In this document: positions 13,095-25,799 of the stretch, piece after piece
Layout of the letters: each line of letters starts with the position of its first letter
Position numbering within the stretch: the stretch's first letter is position 1
Assembly: GCF_001447785.1 (NCBI RefSeq)
Contig: NW_015161405.1
Location: 1,512,357-1,572,063, forward strand
Direction of reading: 5' to 3'
DNA length: 59,707 bases
Origin: Gekko japonicus
Lineage: Eukaryota
Notes under the pieces: generated by a model
Told to the model about the DNA's origin: nothing
Seen by the model: only the letters and a program-made list of their open reading frames with translations
The model's database searches: none
Made by a program: the position numbers and the translations under genes

Positions 13095-13220
13095 AGGAGG
13101 ATATTCAATTTATACCCCGCCCTTCACTACCCAAAGGAGTTTCAGGGTGGCTTACAATCTCCTTTCCCTTTCCCTCCCCACAACAGACACCCTGTGAGGT
13201 AGGTGGGGCTGAGAGAGCTA
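13095..13220 (-). mobile_element. tRNA-derived SINE 3' part (Squam3-like)
   Basis: TTTATACCCCGCCCTTCACT...CCCCACAACAGACACCCTGTGAGGTAGGTGGGGCTGAGAGAG, shared with other copies in the window. Confidence 0.75.
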
Positions 13221-13629
13221 ACAGTTCTAACAGTTGGTGATGTCACAAGTTTGGAAAGCAGGGCTGATAGACTTGGATACAGTATTCTTGCCACCAAGCA
13301 TGATCTATTCACTGCTAATATTCAATGCCTAGTCCAATGCTGGGATCTGTGTGGACAATTTGGAGCAATGGATGAAGTCTTGGAAATCAGGTGCATGATG
13401 GCTTCCTTTCAATTTGCATGGCATTTTATCAGTGCCAGGTATTCCATTCCAAGATGGTTGTTATTCAATTCCAAGATGGTGAGAATTATTTTTATGTATT
13501 TTGCTTTCAGGACTTTGTTATAAACCTCTCGAACCACAGCACAATTTGCAATTTACAACATAGAAAATAAAACTCCAAATTACCCCCTCCCTCCAATGAA
13601 AACCTGCAGTTTATGCATTGTTAAAATTG

Positions 13630-14820
13630 CTGGCAAGTAAAATGGCCTTGTGATGCTGCTTGATATTTTCTAGTACATAATATAACGATGTGTTATATGT
13701 TCTAAAACAATGCTAAGGAATTGGAAGTGGCAAATCTGCTTTATCACACTTAGCAAATTGACATGCAGGAGTCCCTTTGATGTTTTACTAGGTTTTTTTG
13801 ATATCGTGTTGAGCTACTAGAATTCCTTTTTGGGACTATTGATGTGTGCATGTGGAAATATTCATTCCCTAAAGATGTGGTGCCAAACAGAGATAAAAGA
13901 ACATGTCAAATGGCTTCTGGACCACTTTGATCCAAATAATAATTGTTTCTTGGGTGTTAGGAATATAATTTTCAATATTTTATCCTTGTTATTTATTTAT
14001 AGCACTTCTACCCTGCCCCTCAGCCAAAGATTTAAAATAAAATCCACAAAAATGGCATGGATGAAGTAATCCAATATATAGGAAATAATGCAAACGTGAA
14101 GAACAGTGAAAGAGTTGATCTAAGAAAATGTCACCACAGGTGATAAAACGACTCACTAAAACCAGCACACATCACAAAAAGGGGAGGGGGAAAGCAACAC
14201 ACTCCAAACAGTCAATATCAAACAAAGCAGGGAGAAGGAGGCAAAATGGCTACAGAGAAACAGCTCCATCCAGCTGCTCTGCTGTTTTAGTTTTTCAATT
14301 GCATTTTAACAGACCAGGTTATCTGCATGGGACTCTTTGGCTTGTTTGGATTAATTGGACTATTCCATCTATACACATCAAACTGCTGGTTGAACTGCTT
14401 AGTTATTACGACAAACATTGTAGCTGTTGATACTACAGATTCCTCCTCTCAAGGAAGTAGATTGCAGAGTCCCAACACGGGAAAGAAAAAGCGGCTGAGA
14501 AGACCAGATCTGCACTGCTCACTCAAACTGGCCAAGAAGTTAAGTATTGATGATCTGCTAATGAAAGAATAAGTGACATTTCTTCTTCTTTAATAAGCAC
14601 AAGGCTTTGGGTCAAGATGGGGAGTCAATTGTTCAGACTACCACTCCCGAGCTCACCATTCACTTGTGCCTGATGAATTCTACCAGGAAAACAAACAAAA
14701 CAAAGGCCTTGATGAATAAGGTAATCCTACTGAATGAGAAGTTCAGTATCATATCAGTCATGGCAGCCTGCTCAACTAGTTTGCTGCCTTTCATTCCCAC
14801 CTGCCCAACAAAATGGAGCA
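13630..14820 (-). pseudogene. Endogenous arenavirus-like glycoprotein precursor (SSP-like start and GP2), split by a repeat at ~13990-14260
   Basis: In order on minus: hydrophobic GQ...ILNFSF..ITLFIKAFVLFVFL (SSP-like, within ORF 14660-14941); YFLERRNL 14436-14460 (cf. YCLERWML); LQC; NAIEKLK 14285-14305 (cf. NKNAIKTL / NKQAIQRLK); Q-GTP; FLSIVLEHITHRYI ending 13679-13696 (cf. ISIFLHLVKIPTHRHI). Confidence 0.75.
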
Positions 14821-15114
14821 CCATAGTCCTGGGAACTAGGAGCTTCCAACTCAGAGAAGAGGGCAAGAAGTGCAAGTATGAACTGAAGCTGAATGCATCC
14901 AGGGGCAACATCAGACTGTGGGAGTCCAAAATATTACACATTTCCCCAGGACCAGGAATCTCTCCCTTATATATAAAGCCATAGTGGGCTCCAACGTTCC
15001 AAAATGCACACCTTTAGTGTTTGGCCGCAAGAACTGTCAGTCAGAAGATGCTGGCTGGGTTGACTGGCTGCTTTGTGCAGTCCCGCCCAGCTTTCAAGGT
15101 CTTTTGCATATGGA

Positions 15115-15810
15115 AGCTGATTGGACTTCACTCCATTCCACATCTCAAACTCCCCCCCCCGCAAGGCAGTTGGAATTGCCAGTTGTATCTGGAACCTACT
15201 GTATTCTGAGGTAAAATATGTCCTCACTCACAACACATCACTTCCCCTTCAAAAGAAACAAACCCAATAACACAATCATGCCACATCACAAAGAAGACAG
15301 ATCACACCACAAGCAGAATACCACAAGGCAAAAAAAGATAGGAAAAGGTGCCAGCAGTCACCCCCACTACTGCCACAGAGAGCGCTTCAGAGGATGGTGT
15401 GCAGGTCCCATCCTTCAGAGGATGGTGTGCAGCTGATTGGACTTCACTCCATTCCACATCTCAAACTCCCCCCCCCGCAAGGCAGTTGGAATTGCCAGTT
15501 GTATCTTGGTGTGCAGCTGATTGGACTTCACTCCATTCCACATCTCAAACTCCCCCCCCCCGCAAGGCAGTTGGAATTGCCAGTTGTATCTGGAACCTAC
15601 TGTATTCTGAGGTAAAATATGTCTTCACTCACAACACATCACTTCCCCTTCAAAAGAAACAAACCCAATAACACAATCATGCCACATCACAAAGAAGACA
15701 GATCACACCACAAGCAGAATACCACAAGGCAAAAAAAGATAGGAAAAGGTGCCAGCAGTCACCCCATTACTGCCACAGAGAGCGCTTCAGAGGATGGTGT
15801 GCAGGTCCCA
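15115..15810. repeat. Near-identical tandem duplication (~300-400 bp) with an extra internal ~70 bp copy
   Basis: AGCTGATTGGACTTCACTCC... occurs three times. The block CTGGAACCTAC...GTGCAGGTCCCA occurs twice. Confidence 0.9.
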
Positions 15811-16075
15811 GGTTCATGTTTTAAAAGCTGCCTGGGGGATTATGGACCACTCACACACTTTCAACCACAACATACCTCATAGGGTAGTTGTGCGGATCAT
15901 ACGGGGGATAGGAGAATGATGTCAGCTGCTTTGGTTCCCACTGCAGGGAAAGACTGCCCTTTCCCTAGGCAGAGGCTGGGGGGGGGGAATGTAAACCTGA
16001 AGACAGACAGGCAGATAAAGGTAGTCTGATGGTTGCCTGGAAAGGACATAGGGTTCCCAACTCCAGGTTGGAAAC

Positions 16076-16838
16076 NNNNNNNNNNNNNNNNNNNNNNNNN
16101 NNNNNNNNNNNNNNNNNNNNNNNNNNNNNNNNNNNNNNNNNNNNNNNNNNNNNNNNNNNNNNNNNNNNNNNNNNNNNNNNNNNNNNNNNNNNNNNNNNNN
16201 NNNNNNNNNNNNNNNNNNNNNNNNNNNNNNNNNNNNNNNNNNNNNNNNNNNNNNNNNNNNNNNNNNNNNNNNNNNNNNNNNNNNNNNNNNNNNNNNNNNN
16301 NNNNNNNNNNNNNNNNNNNNNNNNNNNNNNNNNNNNNNNNNNNNNNNNNNNNNNNNNNNNNNNNNNNNNNNNNNNNNNNNNNNNNNNNNNNNNNNNNNNN
16401 NNNNNNNNNNNNNNNNNNNNNNNNNNNNNNNNNNNNNNNNNNNNNNNNNNNNNNNNNNNNNNNNNNNNNNNNNNNNNNNNNNNNNNNNNNNNNNNNNNNN
16501 NNNNNNNNNNNNNNNNNNNNNNNNNNNNNNNNNNNNNNNNNNNNNNNNNNNNNNNNNNNNNNNNNNNNNNNNNNNNNNNNNNNNNNNNNNNNNNNNNNNN
16601 NNNNNNNNNNNNNNNNNNNNNNNNNNNNNNNNNNNNNNNNNNNNNNNNNNNNNNNNNNNNNNNNNNNNNNNNNNNNNNNNNNNNNNNNNNNNNNNNNNNN
16701 NNNNNNNNNNNNNNNNNNNNNNNNNNNNNNNNNNNNNNNNNNNNNNNNNNNNNNNNNNNNNNNNNNNNNNNNNNNNNNNNNNNNNNNNNNNNNNNNNNNN
16801 NNNNNNNNNNNNNNNNNNNNNNNNNNNNNNNNNNNNNN
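16076..16838. other. Assembly gap
   Basis: Run of N. Confidence 1.
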
Positions 16839-17018
16839 CAGTGTTGCTGTACAGATCGCAAAGCCAAAGAGAATGAAGTAAGCTGCTTTGCTCCCCGCTA
16901 ATGAGAAAGACAGAATTTTGCCTACAAAGAGGCTGCTGAGAGGGGAGGAGATAAAGTTGCCAGCTTTAGGTATGGAAATTCCTGGAGATTTGAGGAGTGG
17001 AGCCCAGAGAGGGGGACC

Positions 17019-17344
17019 TCAGACAGGTACAGTGCCATAGACTCCACCCTCCAAACCAGCCATTTGCTCCTGGGGAACTATTGTTGCCAATCTTGGCCCA
17101 GCAGCCATCAAACCATTCTCTTCAACCCCCTGCTGTGCAGCTGACTTTCCCCTAGGGTTGCCAATCTCCAGATGGGACCTGGAGATCTCCCGCTGTTACA
17201 ATTGATCTCCAGATGACAGAGATCAGTTCCCCTAGAGAAAATGGCTGCTTTGGAGGGTAGACCCTATGACATTATACCTGCTGAGTCCTTCCGCCCCCCC
17301 GCCCAATGCTGCCCTCTACAGAATCCACCCCCCAAATCTCCAGG
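17019..17344. repeat. Inverted duplicate of 59372-59695
   Basis: Reverse complement matches with few differences, including the junction between two repeat pieces (GCCAATCTTGGCCCAGCA...CTGCTGTGCAGCTGAC). Confidence 0.9.
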
Positions 17345-17399
17345 AGGTACTTTACCTCCTTCCAGCCTATGCATTCGTTACAAATCACATCTTTCTAGA

Positions 17400-17700
17400 T
17401 ACCATTGTATTGCTTTCACAACGGGCTTTGCTGTTGGTTAACCATAACTCACAGCTCATGAGATCTCCCCCCCCCCAAAAAAAACCCTGCCATAAGCACA
17501 GATGAGATTTTTTGCTACTTTTCTATGGTTGTAGATGAAGATGTCCAAGTGACACCTTGTTAAGGAGGTACAAACCTTCTAGTCTGGAGAATAGTTTCTG
17601 CCAGTTACTTGTCTCAGCTTTTCTTCGATTTTTAACACTCAATTTAGGCCCTATACACCCAATTGCTATAGATACCTTTCTAGCTTTTCTGCTGATTTAT
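17400..17700 (-). pseudogene. Arenavirus-like L thumb-region fragment
   Basis: SIAIGV ~17655-17672 (cf. AIANGV), then ELWLTNS ~17430-17450 (cf. WLNLS). The latter resembles the copies at ~42760 and ~44970. Confidence 0.4.
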
Positions 17701-17799
17701 TTTTGCTAACATCTTCTCTCAAATTTCTAAGGTGCTGCTGAACTTGAATCTAACTGTTCTACTGCAGACTGACACACCTACCTCTGAAACAATCTTCTC

Positions 17800-20700
17800 T
17801 CAAGCGTTCTGTTTGGGGGTCTTAGGTGGACTCAGGGCTCTGAGCCACCCATCTCTTTGCTCATGCCAAGCACAGAGGCTTAGCTAGTGGGTTCCTTGGC
17901 TAAGACCCACATTTTGATTGTGATTCCTCTCCACTGCCGGGGTTTGGGGTCATAGGTGGACTCAGGGCTCTGAGACACCTGTCTTTCTGCTCATGCTGAA
18001 CCAAGGGGCTTAGCTAGTGGGTTCCTCAGCTGAGGACCCACATTTTATACCCTCCGACCCCTCCTAATTATGAACCAACCTAAAAAGTTTTTTAAAAAAA
18101 TTATGAACCAACCCCTCTGTGCCATGAGGGTGAAAGTGAGTGTAAAGGGTGCTCATCATGGGGGAAGACATGTACCTGTTCCCAGGCCCCAAACTCATCC
18201 TCTCAGCCCACAGGAGCCCGTTTCTAGCAGGGCATCACCAGAGGTCTCAAAATCTTCCCCTGATCTGTTCCTGGGGCTCTACACAGAGGACAAAGAGTTG
18301 TTAGCACTGCCCAAACACCAGCAGTTGCTAACACTCTTTGGAGAAGTCTCTGACAGTGGTGATTCAGAGGGGGGATACATTCTCCCCTTCCACACAACTC
18401 CCTGTTGCTGCTTCTGCCTTCAGCACACTTCTCCATAGCCCCTCCTAGTCCAGTGCCAGAAAGCAGTTGTCACTCCACCCACCTTCTCCAGTTCTGGGGT
18501 GTTGTCCCCCCCCATACATTGGAAACATTTCTGTACCCTCCCTAGTGACCCCATGTGGTAGAATGCCAGGTGTGCCATGCCCACATCCAGATGGGCGCAA
18601 ACCCCCAACATTTGTCCTCCTCTGTCCTCCACAGGCACCTGCAAAGGGTACATCCCAGTATGTTGTCACCAGGGGAANNNNNNNNNNNNNNNNNNNNNNN
18701 NNNNNNNNNNNNNNNNNNNNNNNNNNNNNNNNNNNNNNNNNNNNNNNNAAGAGTGGCAGCCAGTGGGAGGAAGAACAGGCCTACTTCCTCTTAGCAGGGA
18801 GAAGCAGAGAGGGAGCAGGAGGCCCCTCCAAGAAAGGCTCAGGATTCCATGGGTGGTGGGACATCAAGGCAGGCCATGCTCCAAGAGGTCAGTCACATGG
18901 GGATGCTGACAGTGCCATCCAGAAGGGTTATGTAGTGGACCCAAGAAGCAGTCACTCCCCTTGTTGGATAGATGATTGCTGTGGATAGCCAACCCTTCTC
19001 CCTCATGGAGGATGTAGCCTCTCACTGGCTGCTATAACACCTGGCTTCCTGGTATTCCATCCCTTCATGAAGGACCATGAGACAACAAGGCTTGTACGCC
19101 ATGCACCTCTCTGCAGTGACAATGGTCAAGGGCGAGCTCTCCAGAGAGCAAGGCAAAACCATGCACTTCACGACAGACCTCGAGAGAACCCAGCAGCATG
19201 GCTACCTCTCCCTCACCACCCACTGGTGGCAACCAGAGGACCTGTCTGTCCACATGGTTGGGGCCTGGCCCAGGCCCCAGGAGGGGACAGTCCTACCACC
19301 AGGCTACAAGGTGGTTCTGCTGCATGCTCAGGGGATGGATGAAAACCACATGGGACAAAATATCACTGCTGTGATACAGAGTAGCCTGGGGGAGTGGGTG
19401 GGCGGTGACAACTTCATCCATGGCTACATGGTCCCGGACACCAGCACCAAAATGCTAGCAGCAGTGAAGGCTGTATGCCTCAAGGACATTGCCTGGTGCA
19501 CATGCTTCACCTGATGGTGAAGGATGCTCTGGGGCTGGGGAGGACTAAGCTGCGTTAGTGTGAGCTAGCTCACAGTTTTTTAGCCTTCAGCTCACACATT
19601 TTTGTCTTTGCTCAGAAAGGATGGCTCCAGAACAAATTTATGCAGTAGCCAAATCGTTCACTCACAAATTTAATGCCAGCAGCTCACAAAGTAGAATTTT
19701 TGCTCACAAGACTCCACGGCTTAGAGGGAAAATTGACTGGGACCCTGCCATCTTTGAGATACAGGCCTTGCTTGAGACCTGCTGGCACCTGGCTGCCCAC
19801 TTCTCATGCAGCATCAGATCTGCCTGTCTGCTGTGGAAGAAACAGGGGGAGGGGGAAGCCTAAACACCAGCTCATCCTGGACTTACCTACCTGCTGGAAC
19901 TCCACCTACACCATGATTGCACGTTTGTTGGAGCATAGTGTCATCTCCTCCATGACCATCCTGCATGGGAGAGAGAAGCTCAGCACCAGCTCCAATGACT
20001 GGCTGACTCTCTCTCAAATGGTGCATGTCCTGATGTACTGTGCCAGGGCTCTTTTTGTAGCAGGAACTCCTTTGCATATTGGGCCACACTCCCCTAATGT
20101 AGCCAATCCTCCAAAACCTTACAGAGAGCTCTTCTTACAGGGGCTACTGTAAGCTCTTGGAGGATTGGCTACATATGGGGTGTGTCGCTTAATATGCAAA
20201 TGAGTACCTGCTACAAAAAAGGCCTGCTGTGTGCCCATACCTGGGGCAAGTCCCTGGGGCAAGTCATCCCACTGATTCAAGGGCTGGACCAGGCGGTGGT
20301 CTCCACACTGCAGCCAGACCTTGAGGGGATCAGGGCCCTGACAGTGAGGTTGCAGGTGGGCATCACCAGATTGTATCCTCTCTGCAAGGTAGGGGAGTAC
20401 AAGCTGACTTGTATGTGTGATCCCTGGATAAAAGGCAGCATTGCTCTCTGAAATGCAGAGCTTGTGAAATGGAAGTGTGAGCTATGCAAAGAAGTGCAGA
20501 GGCTACAGACCAAGAGATGTGGTCAGAGGGAATAATGGTTGGTAGAAGCGGGGGGGGGGGAAGAGATGTGGAGCTGTAGCATGGCACCTCTGCCTCCAAA
20601 AGTCCAACCAGGGAGAAGCCTCAATACTGGTTGTCAGGGGTGAACTGGGAGGACTGGGGGATGCCAGGGGATCCTGGGCGTGTGAAGGTGGAAGCTTCAG

Positions 20701-21706
20701 CAGAGGTGATGGTGAGGGAGTACCTTGCTGAGTCCCCTGAGCCCACATCTATCGATTCCCTAGAGTACTGATCATGCAAGGCTGCCATTTACCCTGACCT
20801 CTCTTGCATGGCCATGAGTCTCCTCTCTTGCCCTCCCAACAGTGTCCAGAAAGAGAGCAGGTGTTCTCCCACCTGAAAAACATTCTCATCCCCCACTGCT
20901 CATGTCTGGACTTGGCCAGGGTGGACAAGTTGGCCTTCCTGAAGGTCAGACTCCCCCTGGTGGGGTATTAAGATCCAGGCCTCCTGTTGTCCCCCTCCAT
21001 GTTTCCCCCATTCCTCCTTCTCTCTGGGTGATCTAGCATGCGGCATGCAGGTTGCATCCTTGGTACTTGTGTAGGAGGATAGCCACCTCTGCTGAGTGGG
21101 GGTGGGCTCCCTCACTGAACACCTACCTCATTGAACAACAACATCTACCTCATAACACAACACCTACCTCATGATCACTTTAAATGGAAAACTCTGATTT
21201 CCACTGGTCTGGAGGAGCTGGGGTGTCCTGCCACCAAGCTGTCATGGGGTAACTTGGGGAGCCCCTGTCAGAAGCCGCTTGTCATGTCTTCCTTTCTTCA
21301 TTGCATCACTAATCACTTTAAACATGGGTAGGACCCTTGGTGCTTGTGTGGCCTGTCAGAAGCCGCTTGTCATGTCTTCCATTCTTCATTCACTAATCAC
21401 TTTAAACATGGGTTGGATCCTTGGTGCTTGTGTGGAGGATGGCCACCTCTGATGAGCGTAACTCAGTCCCCGTAGATCCAATCATCATCAGACTTGAAGG
21501 GCAGGTAGAGGACAGTCAGCCAGAGATCCTGTATGAGTTTGGTGTCTCTAACATGCTGGGGGTGGACATTCTACCACATCACAAACTTCATGAACAGAAC
21601 CATTTCTTTTAGCATCAAAAAGTTTGTGACGGTCTGTGGTTCACAAACCATGCATGGCACGAACCACAAATTGAATCACATTTTCCCAGTCTGTGCCCAT
21701 TCCTAC
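17800..21706 (+). mobile_element. Decayed hAT-superfamily DNA transposon with nested MITEs (~19540-19745, ~20040-20225)
   Basis: WKHF BED-finger remnant ~18520; HFTTD and YLSLTTHWW in ORF 19077-19514; DLPTCWNSTYTM ~19880-19915 (hAT DxxTRWNST); LSCPPT..ER dimerisation motif ~20820. Subterminal tandem repeats at both ends. Boundaries approximate. Confidence 0.85.
18678..18748. other. Assembly gap
   Basis: Run of N. Confidence 1.
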
Positions 21707-22069
21707 ACCCTAGCCACACATTGCAGAGCAGACTGGCATTTGGTATTGCAACAGTACACTTTGGCATCCTGAAGGTGTGAAGCTCTCAGACTCAAGGCGA
21801 GGGAGAAAAGGCTGCTAGCGGGTGCTGGATTTTCCATCAATTAATACATATGTTAAATCCAGTTCTAACTGGAATTGTTTGTGGAGAAGCTATGGCTCAG
21901 AGGTAGGGCACAGATGTTGTGTGCATAAACTCCCCCTGCCAAATAGAGGGGAAACTCTGCCTGAGACTTTGGACAGCCTAATAGACAGTACTAGATGAGA
22001 TAGACCAATGTTTGGAAAACATAAATCAGTCCATATATTCATATGTTGTGATTTCTTCGGCAGCAAAAA

Positions 22070-22970
22070 GATTTCCTGTGCTCAGTGCAGGCTAGAAGTG
22101 CTAGGCCAATGCACCCTTATTGAATTACACTCCAAATATGAATGTTGGCACAAGGCAGACACTCACTAACCATTTCAATCACAAGAATACTGATTTCTGA
22201 ACGTTTCTGTGTTTTCAGGGAGTAATAGAGTTCTGTCCCCACCCCAAGCTAAACTTTGACAGCTGGGGAGGTCATTTCCCTAGCCCATGAAGTATTAAGG
22301 TAGACCAAAGCAAGTTCCTTATTCTACACGTTTCCCCATTTTAACAGCATAAGATCTCTTTTCTCAAGTTCAGGATCCTTCTTTGAAGCTTCAGAAGCTG
22401 TTAGTCGTATGGGGGGAGGAGAGGATATTGAATAATTCCTGCCTGTTATGAAACTCAATATTCTCCAGATGGTTCTTTTAAACTCTATTTTAAAACAGGT
22501 TTAAAAATATCCTGCATTGTGATTGACTCCACAAGTCACAGCAGCTGTATACCGTTTGCAACTGATTTTCACTTGGTGTCAGTTTTAAGACTAAAGCAAT
22601 AAAGCAGTAATAAAGACAAAACTTTTAAATTCCAATCCTGCAGCAGTATTTTGCAGGCTGTAGTAGGGAAATGGAAAGGCAAGGAACTGTGATATTGATT
22701 GCAGGTATTTACACTCTGATTACATATAATAAGCCTACCTTAAGATAAACCTTTTCCTGTGTGAATAGCTCTACCTCCATTAAGCAGTGGTATAAAATCA
22801 GTTTGGACATTGGACAGAGGCAGAATAAAACTGTGATGCTAGAATTCCTCCCAGAGGATACCTTCCTGAGTTTGACCCTACAGTCATTTAGTAGGCACAT
22901 CAATACTTCTGTTAATTTTTAAAAAAACCCTTTAGCTTATTTTTCTTCTGGGAAATGGGACCACAAGTAG
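22070..22970 (-). pseudogene. Endogenous arenavirus-like L fragment, RdRp core to thumb
   Basis: Exact motif E EFKS at 22621-22632; SVANGI at 22548-22565 (cf. SVANGVP); RTIWRIL (cf. RTLDLL); GCIGLA ~22100 (cf. GFIGLC). Upstream are GPIS, IDVP and MSKLILYH remnants. Confidence 0.75.
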
Positions 22971-23319
22971 AGACTTTCTTTTTTATGGTTGGCTTAATTT
23001 TTACAGGTTGCAGTTGGATTTCTCTTTGACTCTTTTTATAGACTTTGTGACTTTGTCGGCTGGCATCTTACCTAGCTCCATGTGACTAGTGTGGGACAAC
23101 CTCCTCTGCTCCCTCCTCCATGCCACATGGCACAGTAGTGCTCCTGAAATGACAAGACGTTTCAAAAGTCGAGAATGGGGGCAGTAGCCTGCTGTTTAAA
23201 GAAGAACAAAATCCTGTGATCAGTCTAAACACATCTAATGCAGTTCTTGGGATCCTAGTCTTATTTGTGCTTTGATAATGCTGTGTTAGCTGTTTTTTGA
23301 AGACTCTTAGGTTAGCTAC

Positions 23320-23545
23320 CAAATAAGAAGGGAGCATTCATTGGAGAAGACACTGATGTTGGGAACGATTGAAGGTAAAAGAAGAAGGGGACGGCAAAGG
23401 ATGAGATGGTTAGATGGGTTATCGCTGCAATGAACATGAAATTGAGCACACTCCAGAGGATGGCGAAAGACAGGAGGGCTTGGTGTGATGTGGTCCATAG
23501 GGTCGCGAAGAGTCGGACTCAACTGTGTGACTGAACAACAACAAC
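23320..23545 (+). mobile_element. Bov-B/RTE LINE 3' end with 11-bp target site duplication
   Basis: LEKTLMLGTIEGKRRRGRQRMRWLDG, GGTCGCGAAGAGTCGGAC and a (CAA)n tail. TSD AGGTTAGCTAC at 23309-23319 and 23546-23556. Confidence 0.95.
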
Positions 23546-23744
23546 AGGTTAGCTACATGAGCTTCCTCAGGAAGGAACATGTAATCGTTTCAATACATTA
23601 CACAACCAATCCTTCATTCAGTTAAAAACCCAATACATTAAATATTGAAAGCCCTCTTACACAGTTCCCATTCATTTCAATGGATCTTGTGCAAGAACAG
23701 GCCCTTCTTTCCCAGCTGCTTAGTGATAGGCTGCAAGCAAATGT

Positions 23745-23985
23745 TTGAGGATTGTGTGGTGTAGTAATTACAGTGTCAGACTAGGATCTGGGAGACCCAG
23801 GTTCAAATCCCCACCCTGCTATGGAAGTTTACAAGGTTACCTTGGGCTAATCACTCTCTTTCAACCTAACCCAACTCAGGTTTGTTTTTATGAGTATAAA
23901 ATAAAGGAGGGGAGAATGATGAAGTACTAGTTTTGGGTTCCCTTTGATGAGAGAAGTGGCATGTAAATATCTAAATAAAAATACT
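23745..23985 (+). mobile_element. tRNA-derived SINE
   Basis: A box TGGTGTAGT, B box GGTTCAAATCC and an AAATAAAA tail. Confidence 0.75.
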
Positions 23986-24099
23986 TGAGGGATGAGTAGC
24001 AGATCTTGCATGTCACAGCCTGTTTTCCAAACTTTCCTCTGCTTCAAAAGTGGGTTGCCATGTACCATAGGGAACTGCTCTGTGTGACACAGGGGACCA

Positions 24100-25770
24100 A
24101 TCTAGTAAAATAACTGTACATAATTTTCATTAAAAGATTAACATAATACAGAAGGTAGGTCAACAAGTTAACCATGTAGAGGTGTGTTTTAAATGGATCA
24201 CTCATTAAGATTTAGTGAATAAATAAACAAATAAAGCCCCAGGACTGGATGGATTGACTTCTGAGTTGTGGAAAAATTACAATGACCTTATTGACCATAA
24301 TTAATAAGATTACTCCTTTACAGAGAATGCGTGATTCCTGGATGATGATGATGATGATGATGATGATAACAACAATAAAAACAACAACAACAGCAGCAAT
24401 AATGATGATGATGATGATTGATGATGATGATAATTTCTAAACGAGGGAAGATGTGTCTCAGCTGGGGTCATGCCTATATTTTTACTCAATCAAGATTTGG
24501 TCAACTGTAATCACTTGGATACTGGTTAAAATTATTATTGAATATACTGATTCCAGTTAGAAAGGCTTCACTGGGAACATACAAAAGTCTTCAAATATCA
24601 GGAGGGTTTTGAATGTAAATGTAATTCATGGAGCACAAAAAAAACTATAAAGCTTCTAGACTGGCAGATATGATGAACTAATACAAGTAAGGCAAAGAAA
24701 TCTTGATTTTAGAAACATTGCTTTGGTTTTGTGGGTATAACCTCAGGTTTAGCCTCAGCCTAGATCTCTCTCCCTTATTTTCTACATTATATAATGATCA
24801 AATTTAAGATACATCTCCAGATCTGGAAAAATATACACACAAAAAACCCTTTATTGGCATTGAAAGGATTTGGAAAGATAGTAATCTGGATAGTTTAGAT
24901 TTCTCATCATCGATCAACATGTGTTAGAATATGATTAAATTATTTTGAACCCCCACTCTTTCAGTTTTTCCAAAGCAGACACCTGGTCTATACACTGCTG
25001 ATAAAACAGGATGCTCTTAGACTGAAAATGCCTTTTGAACTACTGATGAGTGCTCAAAATTTTAATGGTTATATCACTAAGTTATATTCATTATTAATGT
25101 TTGTATAATAGCCATTTAAACTGTGCTAAAATGGGATACAGACTTACAGACTAATATTAATGTGGAAGAATGGGGATTGATCTAGATAATGTTACTTCAG
25201 ACTAATTTTGACTGGCCTTAAACAAAATTCATACAAGATTCTTTTCCAACAGTATTTACCCCCACCCCATAAACTGGCACTCATATATAATTCAGTATCT
25301 GATATATGCTGGAGGTGCGGTTCATCAGTTGCAAGACATATGTAATATTTTGGGCTATGTCCCAAGATTCAGATGTTTTGGAAAACTGTAGTTCAGTTCA
25401 CCAGTGGAACGTTAGGTAATAGAATACCTTTTGAGTCTGAAATAATCTTATTAGGATATCAGAAAGGCTATGTGGGTTTTTCTGACATGGGACTAGATTT
25501 AAGCTTATTTAATGCTGCTCATATGATTATTGAGATGGATGGACTTTTCCTTGTAATATTATAAAGATTTATTTAGCTATAATGCAATGCAATATTTAAC
25601 ATGCAAAGATTTACTAAATGTCTTAGTCATCACATCACAGTGTTTGTTCGGCTGTATTTCCATTTCCTGTATGGGTAACTGTGATCCCTCTTGTGTGTTT
25701 TTTCTTCGTATGATTATAGCAGCAAATTGTAAGATGGATGGTTCACTAATATCTGATGTATTGCTTTATT
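24100..25770 (+). mobile_element. Old decayed L1/Tx1-type LINE ORF2 and 3' end, containing a (GAT/CAA)n microsatellite at 24341-24432
   Basis: KAPGLDGLTSE ~24234; GKD...PI.LLNQD ~24445-24495; CWRCG...CPKIQMFWK zinc knuckle ~25305-25385. Confidence 0.75.
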
Positions 25771-25799
25771 GACAAGGTTAAAATGTTATCAGAGAGCTC

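Larger units (their letters stand above)
10750..13530 (-). pseudogene. Endogenous arenavirus-like L gene, PA-like domain, split by MITE/SINE insertions
   Basis: Colinear on minus: YNKVLKAK ~13510 (cf. LNKVKSL); IAFANSA(K) ~12690-12712 (cf. LALVNSMK); CFYKV...GKVCS..NLKKYL...FTREFL ~11190-11300 (cf. CYAI...GEVCSFYADPKRYF..FSAEVL); EKY/LNPK ~10765-10785 (cf. EKFLEPK). Confidence 0.7.

Noticed and set aside
15965-16901. Long ORFs of 282-300 aa
   Set aside because: They consist of X residues from the N gap. The same applies to ORFs crossing the other three gaps.
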